DNA of 64,000 nt, taken from Octopus bimaculoides. Its lineage: Eukaryota. The DNA lies in the NCBI RefSeq assembly GCF_001194135.2, contig NC_068982.1, forward strand, positions 11,493,043-11,557,042. The letters are read 5' to 3'. The position numbers and the translations under genes are program-made. The stretch's first letter is position 1. Each line of letters starts with the position of its first letter. Under the pieces are notes generated by a model. The model had not been told where the DNA came from. It did no database searches and worked only from the letters and a program-made list of their open reading frames with translations. This document shows positions 22,413-35,723 of the stretch, piece after piece.

Positions 22413-24149
22413 CCTATTTATTGTCTTGGAGGAAGCAATAGTAAGCCATTCCAGTGTAAGCTTATTTGGATCATAGTAAGATGATGTCTTCTGTGGTATT
22501 CCAATGTTCTAAGACATTATTCATTTGCAAAACTATCACTTGCACACATATTCATCATCAATTTGATCTGCTTCTAAAGTTTTCCTTTTCTAGTTGTTGT
22601 TCTGCATTTTATTTTTAAAACGTTATTTGAAATAAAATTTTATATATATGTATATAAATATATACACAAGATTTTTTTTTGCCAGTTGAAATTTCAGTCA
22701 AGAATTTTTGATCATATGTGTTACATGCTTGCAACATGAAATGAAGGCAATTAATTTAACATTAAATATCTATTGTCTAAAATGCAAAACATTTGATATC
22801 TCTTTAAGCGCATCCAATATTGTTAATGTGAATTCCTTTTCTTTTTGATAAAAATCCTAAACAGCATGAATGATTGATTTGTAAAAGAATTCTCTTTTTA
22901 CTTCCCAGTTAGTTTTTCCTGAAAAATATTAAATACTGAACAATTTATTTTTTAAATGAAATTCTTCAAAAGTAATTATAAATGTACCTCTTTAACATAT
23001 ATCTTAAGTGAATATTTAAATCTAAATCTTTAATATGTGCAGCTAACTTGAGTAGTTAATCTTTCATTTGAATTATTGCAAATTAGTAATTAGAACATCT
23101 ACACAAAGAAGAAATTTGAAAAGAATCAAGTTCTAGAAGAAAAATTACAAAAAGTGTATAGTGCTTTGTGTTACACATAGAACAGCAGGAAAAGGGGTGA
23201 GTGCACTGAAAACGGATAGTTAAGAATTTTGAAGATGCCAAAAAATCACTACTGTAGCAAGAGAAGAAATGAAGAAAATACAACACAATGTCAAGGCTGT
23301 AGCAAGGGGTTGAAGATATAAGCTTATTTATCAAGCAGACAAATTTTCCTTGGGCAGTGTTTGGAGCATTATTTCCCTATAAGTTTTCTGTGAAAAACAG
23401 TGATAGATAGGCTAATTATATGTAAATGCACCTTTTTAGGGCATTTTGTATTTAATTTTACATTCATGATTATATTATACATGCTCAAGATACTCAAAAC
23501 CCAGGTATTTTTAGGTAGCAAGGAGCCCCCATATTGGTAAAATGACATCAGTAGAGAGTTGTGAAGGAATATCGTCTAAACAAAGTCTTTAAGATATTCT
23601 TTTCTTGCAGCTAAGGGATCGAGGACTGTCAAAACTTTCAAGAACAGTTTTTTTTTTTTCTGTTTATTTAACCTTTTATATAATTGAGCATTATGAAAGA
23701 GAAAGAAAAGGATTCATAAAAGACTCCTAACAATTCTTATGTTGGTCATTCCTGCAACTTGGAATGTATTTCAAGAACACTGCAAGTGTACAAAGGTTGA
23801 GAAATATTGGTCTAGAACATGGATATAATAATGGTTGTACTCTCTCAGTTGATTACACAAAGATTATTATAAAAGTGAACCTATTGCAAATTACAGTTGA
23901 GAGAGAGATAGAGAAAAGCAGTGTCAGAAAAATATCTAAGATTGATTGAGAGTTGACCAAGTCACAAGAGTAACATGACTTTTCTTCTTCCATGGATAAT
24001 TTCTGTGACATTCTGACACCATAGAAACTGTCCAGTATCTTAGCTTATGATATAGTACCATTATTTAAATCCAGAAAAATAGTAGCTTTCTTGCTATTTT
24101 CCTATTATTCACAGACATACTAATGATCCTTTTCATACTTATTTTATGA

Positions 24150-24420
24150 GGAAACCCATCCTGTACTTATTCAAGTAGTATTCTAGTTAGTACTTCGCTT
24201 TCTGCTAAAATTCAACCCCATAAAAACTACTTGTTTTGTAATTTAGATCTAAAGGCTTGTATATTTTTCTTGATTGTGTGCACTTCAAATCTCATCCATA
24301 TTTCTCCATAATTTCTCCTACCATTCCATACAACTACTGTGTCAAACACATCCACTTAATGAAAATATGATCTAATCATGAAACATCATATCAGAAGTGC
24401 TGACAAATTTTGATGGTGGG
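24150..24420 (-). mobile_element. Possible very old RTE-like RT remnant
   Basis: Scattered minus-strand peptides (HHQNL, DVFDTV, GEIMEKYG, KVLTRILL) resemble RTE RT motifs, but they are frameshifted and not cleanly ordered. Confidence 0.25.
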
Positions 24421-24893
24421 TTCTCACTTCATCTCTGATACCGTTTATCTCTTCATAATTAATCTAGTGTACCAAATAGACTAAGCAAATGCCTATCTTG
24501 CTCCTATCATACATTCCATTTTACTTTGTGTTTACTTTGTGATTTTTTTTAATGTCATAACTGAAACAGATTTTCTTTTTTACTTATTCAAGTGCTCAAC
24601 TTGGGAAGTAGAACAGTGTGATCTGATGCCATCCAATTTAACATGACTTATGGATTAAGAACTTGTTTCTGCATTGGAAGGCTAATTGGTTTCCAATTAG
24701 AGCATTGCTTTTTCATCTAATAATTTTAGATATTCTTAATACTCAGCACAGATCATTTTATGGTTTTTTTAAGTCTCTTAAATACTTTTCTCACTAATTA
24801 TAAAGTTATTCTTCTTTCCCCTCTGTTTTCCCCCTGGCAAATCTTGTGTTATGTGTTCCGTTCTTCCATAAATAAGGTGCAAATATGATGTAT

Positions 24894-24895
<2 letters not shown>

Positions 24896-24943
<48 letters not shown>
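24896..24943. repeat. (CT)n microsatellite, followed by a 9-N gap and (CATA)n
   Basis: Direct inspection. Confidence 0.95.
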
Positions 24944-24947
<4 letters not shown>

Positions 24948-26469
24948 NNNNNNNNNNATACATACATACATACATACATACATACATTCGCCCCTGCGCA
25001 CACAAATGTGTGATACTTCATTTTCTGTCATTGTATCTTCAGCAATCCACTTTAGTTAGAATGTTGGATTTCTCTAGCAAGTCATTTGCTTTGCCTGTCC
25101 TATTTCAAAATTATCTTAAATGCTCAAAGAATTATCATGAATACTCATGGCATTATTTCACACCAGTAAAATGCAACCGGAATGTAATAGACCTGCACCT
25201 GAGTATGAAACCTCAGGATACTTCTTCAGAATTTGGCATTTCATTTTGTGCCCCCCCCCCCACCATCTCTCTCTAAGTTTGTGCATGGCTTTTATTTAAA
25301 CAATCACACATTTTTGAGACAAACACTTGAGGCTAGTGGTACTTCAAATATTTTGAGTCCTAGTTTGTTTTTTTTCTCACCAGCTAAAATTTCAACAATG
25401 AAAATAACAAAGAAATTTAAAATAAAACTATTTATCTTCTTTACAAACAAATGTGATATCAACAGTAACCTACATTATGCACTTCTGGCAAGAATCTTTT
25501 GTTGAAGGACATTAGTAGAGGAGCTGAACCTATAATATATTATTTCTCCTCAAGAAAACTTTTTAGGTAATTAAGTTACATCTGAGGTAATATATCAGCA
25601 AAATATTAGAGCATTGGATAGGATGTTTTGCAGTATTATTATTCTGTGCTTTGATTTCAAATCACACTGAGTTCAGTGTTGATAAAATACCTGTGCAGGG
25701 CAATAGATTTGTGGGGCTGTTAGCATACTGTTTCAGACACTTTGTGATATTTGGTCTGGCTTTGTTTTTTGGTTTCAAATCATGTCTTCTGTCACTAGAA
25801 AAGAAAAAAAAAGAAAAAGACTTGTCTATCAGGAGTTGTGACTGATAATAAAAGTAATGGAAAAGTCTATGGAAGCATTCTTTGGTTAGTTGGGAAGACT
25901 GGATACCACCACACATCTGAGGAATACCTTCTGATTTCCTCATTGTTCTCTAATAGCAGTTTGGGATGATGTTTTCAAAATCTTCTCCATTTTGAAGGAT
26001 TTATGCTCATGTTTGTGCTGATCGTTTGCTAGGAAATACAAAGTCGGTGATAATATAGAATTCAGAATATTGATAGTGAAGCAGATATGAAACTTTCCAG
26101 AATTTATTTTACCTGAGAATTAGCTGCCAAAAAATTAGAAAAATTGATTTAAATATGATATTGGAAAAACAAAATATCAGAATGAGTTGTAAGAAAGTTC
26201 AAAGTAAGCTATTACTTTCTGCCATCTTGAAATAAATAAAATTCATGGTTATCGGCAGTGGCATGTGATTAAGAAGTTTTCTTCACAACTATATGTTCTG
26301 GATCTGATTCCATTGCATGGCACCATAAATTTGGGTTGATTTATGCTTTGTGTGGGATATTTAGTAGACAGGTTTGTATGTTTATGTATATCAGAATTGT
26401 ATAAAAAATATCCTGTATCTAGATATAAGGAACATCACTCAAAATATAGGGGGATTATTTCTTTCATTT

Positions 26470-26850
26470 CATTTATTTCTTTTACTTGTTTCAGTCATTT
26501 GACTGCGGCCATGTTGAAGCACCACTTTGAAGGCTTTTAGTTAAAGAAATTGACCCCAGGGCTTTTTTTTTTAAAGCCTGGCACTTATTCTATTGGTCAT
26601 TTTTGCTGAACTGTAACCACACCAACCCTGGTTGTCAAGCGGTGGTGGGAGACAAATGCAGACGTAAAAACACGCACACACGTATATACGACTGGCTTCT
26701 TTCAGTTTCTGTCTATCAAATCCACTCAAAAGGCTTTGGTCAGCTCGGGGCTATAGTAGAAGACACTTGCCCAAGGTGCAACAAAGTGGGACTGAACCTG
26801 GAATCATGTGGTTGGGAGTTAGACTTCTTACCACATAGCCATGCCTGCAC
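26470..26850 (-). mobile_element. Family-B SINE
   Basis: cagtcatttgactgcggccatg ... gaagacacttgcccaagg ... ccacatagccatgcctgcacct. Confidence 0.85.
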
Positions 26851-29192
26851 CTGTAGACATTCAATAAACAGAGATCAATAAAATGAATTTTACAGTAAAT
26901 ACTGGGGTTGACAGACTTGGACTAAGCCCCTTGAAGGTAGTATCCAAGTATTACCACAGCCCTTCCCCAAGACAAAAATTGAAACTATAAAAAGAACATA
27001 AAAATATACATTATTAAAATACTGAAATGAAGTTCAGTTGAATTCTCATTTTAATTGTATACAAAGTAAATTAGAAAAACAAATAAACAAAAAATCCTAT
27101 AAGCACGTTCAATAAATAAATATTGTCCTACCAATATTATTATTAATCCAAATGCAATACTTGCTTTATTTAGCTAAACTGTGTTAATCTTATTCAGTCA
27201 AGCTTTAAAATAACAATCAATATCAATCAAATTACGATTGCATGTTGTTAATATTTCATGTATTTTAGCTCACACTTTCTTAATCCCCATTACTTAACCT
27301 GTAAAAATTGATACTTATCATTGATCCCCAGCATATTAATCCTTTGTAGTTCAGAACTATGAATATCTCTGATTTAGTATTCAATTTTTAGATTATCTTT
27401 CAGTCGTTGTTTTATTAAAGAAGCATTTGCACTAAACCATTCTTAATTTCAATATTTCAGATGCTTTCCTTATTAATATGTAAGATGCGACAGTTTGCAA
27501 AATTATTTTATATGAAATATTGGGGTAAACCCAAAATTAAGAGAAAGGTTACAAACTGCTTTTAGTTTAATTTTTGCAACTTTTCTAGAAAGTTATCTGA
27601 AAGTACAACTTGAGGCTTGAATGTATCAATTATGAGTAAATATATCATTTTCAATAAGTTACATATGATCATTAACTAGTGTTCCTCTGATGTGATTTTT
27701 TTGATTTAATAGAAATTTTGAATTCTATTAGTCTGAGAAACAAAAAAACAATTTGAGCTATGTATATTGTACACTCCCTCCTGTTCTGTTATATAATAGA
27801 AAGAAATATTTGACCTAATAATAAAGAAATTTTCCTCAACATATGCAGTCAGCATTTCAATGTATTTTACACTGTTATTATACCTACAAAATTGACCTGC
27901 TATGTACTTACATGTCTCAACACATTTCTATTGTATTGAAGTTGTTTTTATATTGAACTGAAAACTTATAAAGTCTGCCAGCGTGTATTCAAATGAATTT
28001 GATAAAAATGAAAAACATAACAAAAAAAAAAAAAGACTATAAAATTATTTTACTTCTGTAATCATTGATAAAACATTTTGACTTGCTAAGCTTCAGTGAT
28101 TTCTGACATGCTGCTCATGTGGGCAATAAATCAATTAATTCATGAACACAAACTGGATAAAAACTGGAGATATTTAATGTTTTGGGAGTTGCATATACAT
28201 CCAGCTAGGAATTATGATGATAGTATAGTATACAATTAAATATATTTACAGCACCAAAATTTATACTAAAAATATGTAAAGACAATTATGAATAAGCGCT
28301 TCCTTATAAACAACTGATCTGCAAAGATTGAGATGAAAACTCTTTCCAGTATTTAGTTAGGTTCTTTTAGATTTGAGTTAAAATCCTGTCAGGATCTCAA
28401 CTTCAATTTTTATCCTTCCAATGACACTATAAAAAATACCTTTCAAGTGCTAGGATTGATTTCATTAATAATATATTTTTTTTTGTGACCTTGTTTCTAT
28501 GACATAAATCATTACCACTAGGTAATGATATGGCAGAAATGGTAGCATATCAGACTGAAGGTCTAACAATATTTAGCTTTGTCGCTCTGTGTAAGATAAT
28601 TATTATTCATGTCCTGGAGCTTGGTGCTAATATAGCTAATGATTACGGTTGTGTGTGTGTCTGTGTTGTATGCTGCCAGAATAGAAATGTCAAGATATTT
28701 ATGATTAAAAGAAAGCATTATTACTGATTCATGTGTGTGAATCAGTATTAATGCTTATTATACATAGAAAATATTTATATCTGTATTTTTAAAAAGCAAA
28801 ATAATATAAATAACAAGAAAATTCATAATTTTACAAGCAAGATAATGTATTAAGTTTGTAAAACAGTAGGGTTTTGAATGTAGTGTATATATGAAAAGTA
28901 AGCTGCATTACTATTTTGATTATTGCTAGTGCAGAGTTGTATGTATTTGAAAATTGCCAAAAATGGTTATGTTGACTGAATGAGATAATTATTCAACACT
29001 AATAAGAAATATTAGGTTTATGGAAGTTGTTATGCTATTTCTAACAGATTGAGAATGAGTTAATGAATTTAATAATGCTGTGACATAAGCAACGTACTTA
29101 ATTATTTCATGGGAAATACATGGACTACAATAACAAAAAAAAATAAATTAGAAGACAAATAACTCAAGACCGGATTTTAAATAATTCATTAA

Positions 29193-29442
29193 CCTTTATG
29201 TGGCCATATTCCAAGTGAAATAGATTACTTTGATGTTTGAATTAATTTTGAAAATAATCAAGAATTTGAAGGAATTTAGTAACTTAGTTAATATTTGCAT
29301 TATGAAGATGATTTTTGGAACATAACTTTACAAATAATTATCAAAATTATTATGGTAGGTTATAATTTCAAACTTTTATAAAACTGGGAGTTTTGTATCA
29401 TAAAACCAGAGGCAGAAACCAAGCATGTTGGTATCAAATCTG
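29193..29442. mobile_element. piggyBac-like MITE (degenerate copy of the 1803-2024 family)
   Basis: TTAA at 29189-29192 and 29443-29446. It shares aaccagaggcag and ttggtatcaaa near the right end. Confidence 0.6.
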
Positions 29443-30955
29443 TTAATGTTATCAGGTATTTTCTTTATATTAATGAGTTATTTTCTTACTTTACCAAAGA
29501 CTAATGTTATGATGCTTGTAGAACTGTATTACAATGAAATACAAATTAAATTAAGAAGTAGTTAATGCAATTCAAATCTGAAGTATTAAGTTAAAAAAAA
29601 AAAAAAAAAAAATGCAAATATCAGCAGTTCTTATTTACAAAAATTTCTAGATTTGTTTTAGGGACGAATATTAAAAGCTGTATGAATCATTATTCTGAGT
29701 GGTTAAAAGAAAACAAAGACAAATTTAAAATAATGAGGAAATGGTGTTAAGACATGAGGTGAAGAGAGATGAATTTTGTAAATAAATTTCAGAAAAATGT
29801 ATCAGAAATATAGCTGAATGAAAAAAATAGCAAATATTCTGAATGAAAGTCTAAATTCCTGATAATTATATTAACTTATTTCTTGAATAGTTTTGTCTTG
29901 GTTCAGTTGAAGGACTCAGGTAGTGTAGAAATTTAAAATTCCTGAATTAGGTTATGTCACATAGTGTAAAATAGGCAAAGCATTAAATATTTTGGATTAT
30001 ATAAATTATAAGAGATGGATAGAATGAAAAAAATTATTTACTGATTTGAAAAAAAATCTAAGGAGTTAGAAAGGATGTCTTTTTGATTGCTTGTAATTAA
30101 GTAAATAAGTGATTTAATGAGTGTTTTCCACATTAAATGACATATACTTAGATTTCTTTCCTACATCTGATGTTGCACCATTTATGGTATTAGTTAGTTA
30201 GAACAGATGCAATTTAGAAAAAAATATTTTCTGAAATCAGATGTGGAAGGAAAAATGTTGATGATTTCAGAACTTACTTTGACTGTTTTCTGAAGAATTT
30301 TGTTCTTTGTCTTTTATTTGAAAAACTGTTTTATGTTGATGTGATACATTGTGAATGGAAATATAATCAGAGACACACGGAGAGAACAAAAGAAAAATGA
30401 ATATTCCAAAGTAATTTTTTTCAAAATGTTCATTTTTCTCTCATAAAGATTGGTTCTTCATAAAAAATATGGATTAAATTGTTATTCTGAAGCTGTTATT
30501 TTATTGAAGATAATTTAACTTAAACAGAATCTATTTTAATTTCCTCAGGTTTATAATTGGTAATTATCAAAAAATTCTGCTTGGCTTCATTCAAACAGAA
30601 TAATCAGTAATGGTCTTATGTTTTTTTGTAGAATGAATAAATTGCCATAAAACATTTAGTTTTAAAGATTTAATACAAAAAATGATTGCAATTATGATTC
30701 CAAAGTATGCATTTTCATTGGTATTTAAAACTTATAATTTGTTTTATGAAGATAGAAGCATAATATTTGAAGAAGATTTGGTCGTAATTTTTTTTACTGG
30801 CGCTGTTACATTTTGCAGCATTTCCTACTCTTCCTTTTTATTTTTGGCAATCCTTAAATTACATGTCATACTTCAGGGAACTCCTATATAAAAAGACTAT
30901 TATAGATCCTTATTGATACTATTCTTTCTCTTTTGTATAGTGAAATTTCATAAGA

Positions 30956-31073
30956 AATTTAACTATACAAAAGTATAGTTAAATTATTCTATAATTTAAC
31001 TATAGTACAGTTAAATTATATACTATAGTAATTTCATTACCAAACGTTTCATGAAACGTTTGATAATGAAATT
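30956..31073. repeat. Cluster of four adjacent palindromes/inverted repeats
   Basis: A 13-bp stem (30956-30985), a 12-bp stem (30990-31020), a 10-bp palindrome (31021-31030) and a 44-bp palindrome with one mismatch (31030-31073). Confidence 0.9.
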
Positions 31074-31187
31074 TGTGGTGCTGAATGGATTTATCATTGC
31101 CAAACCTTTCATAGACAATTTTATGGTGGGGTGTGATTTGAGGGAAAATTGACTGTTATTTCTAGTAAATTGTGTGACCATATAGAG

Positions 31188-31452
31188 CAGGAGTTCTCAA
31201 ACTTTTTGGGCCACTGCCTCGCTCATGGCCACATAATATTTTCAGTGCCCCACCCCTATTTTTATGTATAAATAAATATTTTATATATACTATGAATCGA
31301 TATTTAATATATTATATAATTTGTATACGATACTATAATAATATTATAATAAATTCATATTGTCCCCCAATTCACTGTCTTCCAATGCCTCCTTTTTGTC
31401 TAACACCCCACCCCCACCGCAGGCACCAGTGCCTACCTGAACCATCTCTATG
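31188..31452. mobile_element. hAT MITE with an exact 8-bp TSD
   Basis: Starts CAGGAGTTCTCAAAC. ATATAGAG is duplicated at 31180-31187 and 31453-31460. Confidence 0.7.
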
Positions 31453-31460
31453 ATATAGAG

Positions 31461-31709
31461 CAATGGTTCCAAAATGGGGTCTATATGACCATTTGGGGTT
31501 CATATTAGATTTTGTTGTAAAAATTTATGTGAATAAATTGTTTAAACTTTTACAATACACAAAATACTTTAACAAATTTTTATACAATTCCTAATAATAT
31601 TTAATTATAAAAACATAAGGTTTTATTTAAACATCAAATGGCTATGAGGGTCCAGTAGGGTAAAAGAGGAATTAATGGGACCCATAGGTAAAAATGGTTG
31701 AGGCTCCCT
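31461..31709. mobile_element. Second hAT MITE (family of 19938, 45888 and 58516)
   Basis: CAATGGTTCC...aaatggctatgagggtcca...cataggtaaaaatGGTTGAG. The interior is shared with the other copies. Confidence 0.75.
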
Positions 31710-32439
31710 TATTTTACTAACTGCCAAATATCAAAGGCATAAACCATACTACAAACATATACAGTGCATTTGATGTTAAATGTAGGCAAAAATGTAGAAT
31801 AACAAAAGTAAAAAAATAATCCTGGAAGATAAAATCTTTGTAGTGTTATTCATTTGTTGAAGCCGAGTTGACTATTTTGATTGCTGTGAGTGCATGTCTG
31901 CTTGTTGAATGTCTTTACTTGTTCTTGTAAATTATTTTACTCTCAATTATATATCTAGGCTAAATTAGAATGTCTGCAAACAAGCAGAAATAAAGGTTAA
32001 AAGAAAACAGAGAGAGAAAGAGAAAGGAAGAGCCAGGAGTGTATCTGACATAAACCTGATGTACTAGCATTTTATTCTAGCTGCTGTCCACTATTTTTTT
32101 TTCCTGTCTCATTTGTAAGCTTATAAGTCCACTTATGTGTATTTAGAAGCATTCCATTAATCTTAGCAAAGAATTGGAATATTCTAACATCCCTTAGACA
32201 AGTTGAACTTGTTACATGTGATCTACATAAATCAGAGTAGGTATCTTTATCCAGCACACCCACATAACTCACTCTTTTTCTTTCTTTCTTTCTCTCTCAC
32301 TCACTCTCTGAGTCATAGTCTTTTCTCATATTTTCAATATTTCAACATTTTCCTCATCTTACAAATAATCTCAGGACCAAACCTCTTATTATTTAGACGC
32401 TCTGAAAAATATCATGTTATACAGACACATAATAAAGAT

Positions 32440-32790
32440 AATAGAGATTTCTGATTTAGGCACAAAGCCAGTAATTTTGAGTGCAGGGGTTAGTCACTGC
32501 CATTGACCCTCAGTATTTGACTGGTACTTTACTGACCTCAAAAGGATAATAATAATAATAATAATAATAATTATTATTATTTCATATTTTTTTTGCCATA
32601 AGGGCAGCTTGGGGGAGTGGATTAAGTCGATTATATTGACTTCAGTGCATAACTGGTACCTATTTCATCGACCTTGAAAGGACGAAAGGTAAAGTTGACC
32701 TTGGCAGAATTTGAACTCAGAATGTAAAGACAGGTGAAATACTGCTAAGCATTTTGCTTGGCATGCTAACGATTCAACCAGCTCACCTCC

Positions 32791-32822
<32 letters not shown>

Positions 32823-33005
32823 TTGGCCAACAAGTTCAGAGCAGGGGATAAGTTGATTACATCACCCCCACCTCCCCAGTGCTCAACTGGTACTTATTTT
32901 ATCGACCCCGAAAGAGTGAAAGGGAAAGTTGACCTCGGTGGAATTTGAATTCAGAATGTAAGTACTTTCTGAGTTCAAATTCTGCCGAGGTTGACTTTCC
33001 CTTTC
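32440..33005 (-). mobile_element. Three family-A SINE copies in (AAT)n plus a 39-bp inverted fold-back segment
   Basis: Family-A body at ~32440-32550, 32590-32790 and 32820-32956. An inverted copy lies at 32967-33005. Confidence 0.85.
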
Positions 33006-33039
33006 CTCTTTTCAGAATAGAAATATACATGAGTAAAGG

Positions 33040-33694
33040 TTTTAAATAGTATTGCTGATGAGTGAGGATGACATCAAGCTGTATACAAAAAAATGAAGCA
33101 GACCTAAACTCTTTGATCCAAACAGGAGTGAGTGCAGTATACTAGCACAAAAGGAGTATAAACACAAACATGACTCTCTAGGCAAAAGAGTGCATTGGGA
33201 TGCTGGCCAAGTGTATGTCTTCAAAACAACAGAGAAGTATTATGAACATGAACCAGACGCTGTGTTAGGAAATGAGAATTACCAGATCTTCTGGTATTTA
33301 CCCATAAAGGCTGACCATAGTATTGAAGCAAGAAGATCGGACATGATCAAAGAGGATAAAATAAACAGTTTAAGATCGTAGATTTTGCAATTCTCTATGA
33401 TAGCAGAGTCAATACCAAAGAAATTTTAAAAATTGAGAAATATCAGGTTCTAGCCAGGGAGCTGAGGAGACTGTGGAAGACCAAAACAATTATTCCTGTA
33501 GTAATTGGTGCACTTGGGAAAATCCCTAAAATGCTACTTAAGAGACAGGGATTGAAACTTGTGTTGTTGACCTGCAGAAAAGTTCCATATTACATTCTGA
33601 AAGAATTCTAAGGATGATTCTTGAGGTTTGAGGAGACTTGTTGTCTCTAAACCTCAAGATAAAATACCTACTAATTAAATCAACATGCCCTAGT

Positions 33695-33695
<1 letters not shown>
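33040..33695 (+). mobile_element. Internally deleted R4/Dong-clade non-LTR retrotransposon with a (TAA)n tail
   Basis: RT motif DDIKLYTK/NEADLNSLIQT joined directly to SECSILAQKEYKHKHDSLGKRVHW...EARRSD...DFAILYD...KIEKYQVLARELRRLW...PVVIGALG...LQKSSILHSERILRMILEV*. (TAA)n runs from 33696 to ~33760. Confidence 0.9.
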
Positions 33696-33742
<47 letters not shown>

Positions 33743-35169
33743 GTAATAATAATAATAATATCATCACATTTTCCTATGTATTTTATATCTCTCTATTAAG
33801 TTTCAGCATGTAGCATATCAAGCAATGGTTAAATTCTGAATCAATTTTAAAATGGAGCATCTTCCTCTATTTTTTCAAATGTATGAGCAGTTTGCTTGGC
33901 ATTGTGTAGAGAATATTTAGGTGGAACTTGAATTTATTTGTATTCTCTGACAACTTATTCATTTGCTTTAGGCCAAGGGACTAGAATAATGCAGAGTCCT
34001 AGTCTTGGGTGGATTTTGAGATGGATATGTACATGATTAAGGTGGGATTACTGATATCTGTTCAATGTTGAGAAATGATAAAGCATTTACCTTTCTGGAT
34101 GAGTGATTTACTGCCTTTATGCAGCCTCAGTTGTTCAAACCGACAACACTGTTGGTTCTGCAGCAATTTGTCAATGCAGAACCTAAATTTTCATGAAATA
34201 TGTCAGATGAATCTGAGCAAAAGTTACAATATCAGAGGATTACATTTCTGATTCAGGAACAAAATATTCAGAAGATTCAAAAGCATTGATTTTGGTAGTT
34301 ATATAACTTTCATTAGGCATGGCAATGCCTATAGTTTTGCCAAATCCCCTGTGACTGTTGAGATTGATGTGATTGATGCTCAGCTTGAACATATGTAGTT
34401 CTAGGAAGAAAGAAATGAGTAAAGTGTTTACAGCAGTCTGGACCATTAGACAGATTAAAGAAGCTAAGAGAAGCAGAGGCATGAGGGGTTATTTGATGGG
34501 AGGGGGTGGTTGTACACTACATTTTAGTTTGAAGGAACTGTAAGTATGCATTGCAGCAGAAGCAAGATAGATGGAGAGTAGATCTTTAAGAATATTGACA
34601 GATAGATAGATCTGAGAGATTATCAAGAAAAAAGAAAAAGAAAGCCCGGAGGGACTTGCCTCGTAAAGTAAGTTGTTCTTTCTTTTCAAATTAGGGCAAC
34701 TCTGACTTAGTTCCATTCAACTGAACATTATTCTCTTCAGGCTTTGACAATAATATAGTGATCTAATTGAAGTAAAGTATGTTTATTGTTGCTTTCATTT
34801 CTTTTACTGGTTTCAGTTTACAGCAGAGATTTTAGTTTTGACTTGAAGTTAAGTAAGTAAATAAACCTCCATCAGTTTTGACAATGAGCATTCAGTTGTT
34901 TAATCAGGCTGAAGGTTCCACAGGTATGACATTGTCAGCCTTAGATAGAATCAACATGGCAATGTGACAAAACTGTTCTTTGAATTACAGGTACAATTCA
35001 TGTGATGGGCTTCACTACAGTTTCTCTCCCTTCATTTTCACTCACAACACTTGGGTTGATTTGAGGTAAGAGTAAAAGGCACTTACCCAAGATGCTATGC
35101 AGTGGGATCAAGCTTGACTTTTAAGTGATCTTAACCATTTGGTCATGCTGTATTCTGAAGTATAATTTT

Positions 35170-35349
35170 ATTCTTTCAGTCATTTGACTCTGGCCATGCT
35201 AGAGCACTGCCTCTAGTCAAACAAATTGACCCTAGGACTTATTCTTTGTAAGCTTAGTTCTTGTTCTATTGGTCTCTTTTGCCGAACTGCTAAGTTACAG
35301 GGATGTAAACACACCAACATCGGTTGTCAAGGGTGGGGGACAAATACAA

Positions 35350-35384
<35 letters not shown>

Positions 35385-35385
35385 G
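35170..35385 (-). mobile_element. Family-B SINE 3' half
   Basis: cagtcatttgactctggccatgctagagcactgcc...acaccaacatcggttgtcaa + (CA)n. Confidence 0.85.
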
Positions 35386-35723
35386 GAAAATGAAAAATAA
35401 GGCAGAATGCTAAACTGGAAGCATATTTTAATAAAGATTTCTAACTGGCTTTCATTGCGAAGCAAATTTTCAAGAAGGAGAATGAAAATGTTTTTTACAA
35501 AGAAGTACAAAATGAAGAAAATAATATATAAAAAAATAAATTTACCAATACATTATATTGTCTTTGAGCTTTTGAAGTTCAATGGTAGTTCATGTATATA
35601 ATGGTTGGAAAAATAAGGATGCATGAGAATTGAGAGTTGTGTTAGGTTTAAAAAAGGGTTAAAAGTTTGTGTTAAGCAGGAAGTGTGGTGTCAAAACAGG
35701 AAGTGTGTGTAAGGGGAGACTAA

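Noticed and set aside
28508-28529. Perfect 9-bp hairpin ATCATTACC/GGTAATGAT (similarly ~49275-49300)
   Set aside because: Isolated stems of this length are expected by chance in 64 kb of AT-rich DNA.
34598-34673. Lys/Arg-rich stretch ending at a strong AA|GTAAGT donor
   Set aside because: There is no polypyrimidine acceptor upstream, in-frame stops lie close by, and no homology is recognised.
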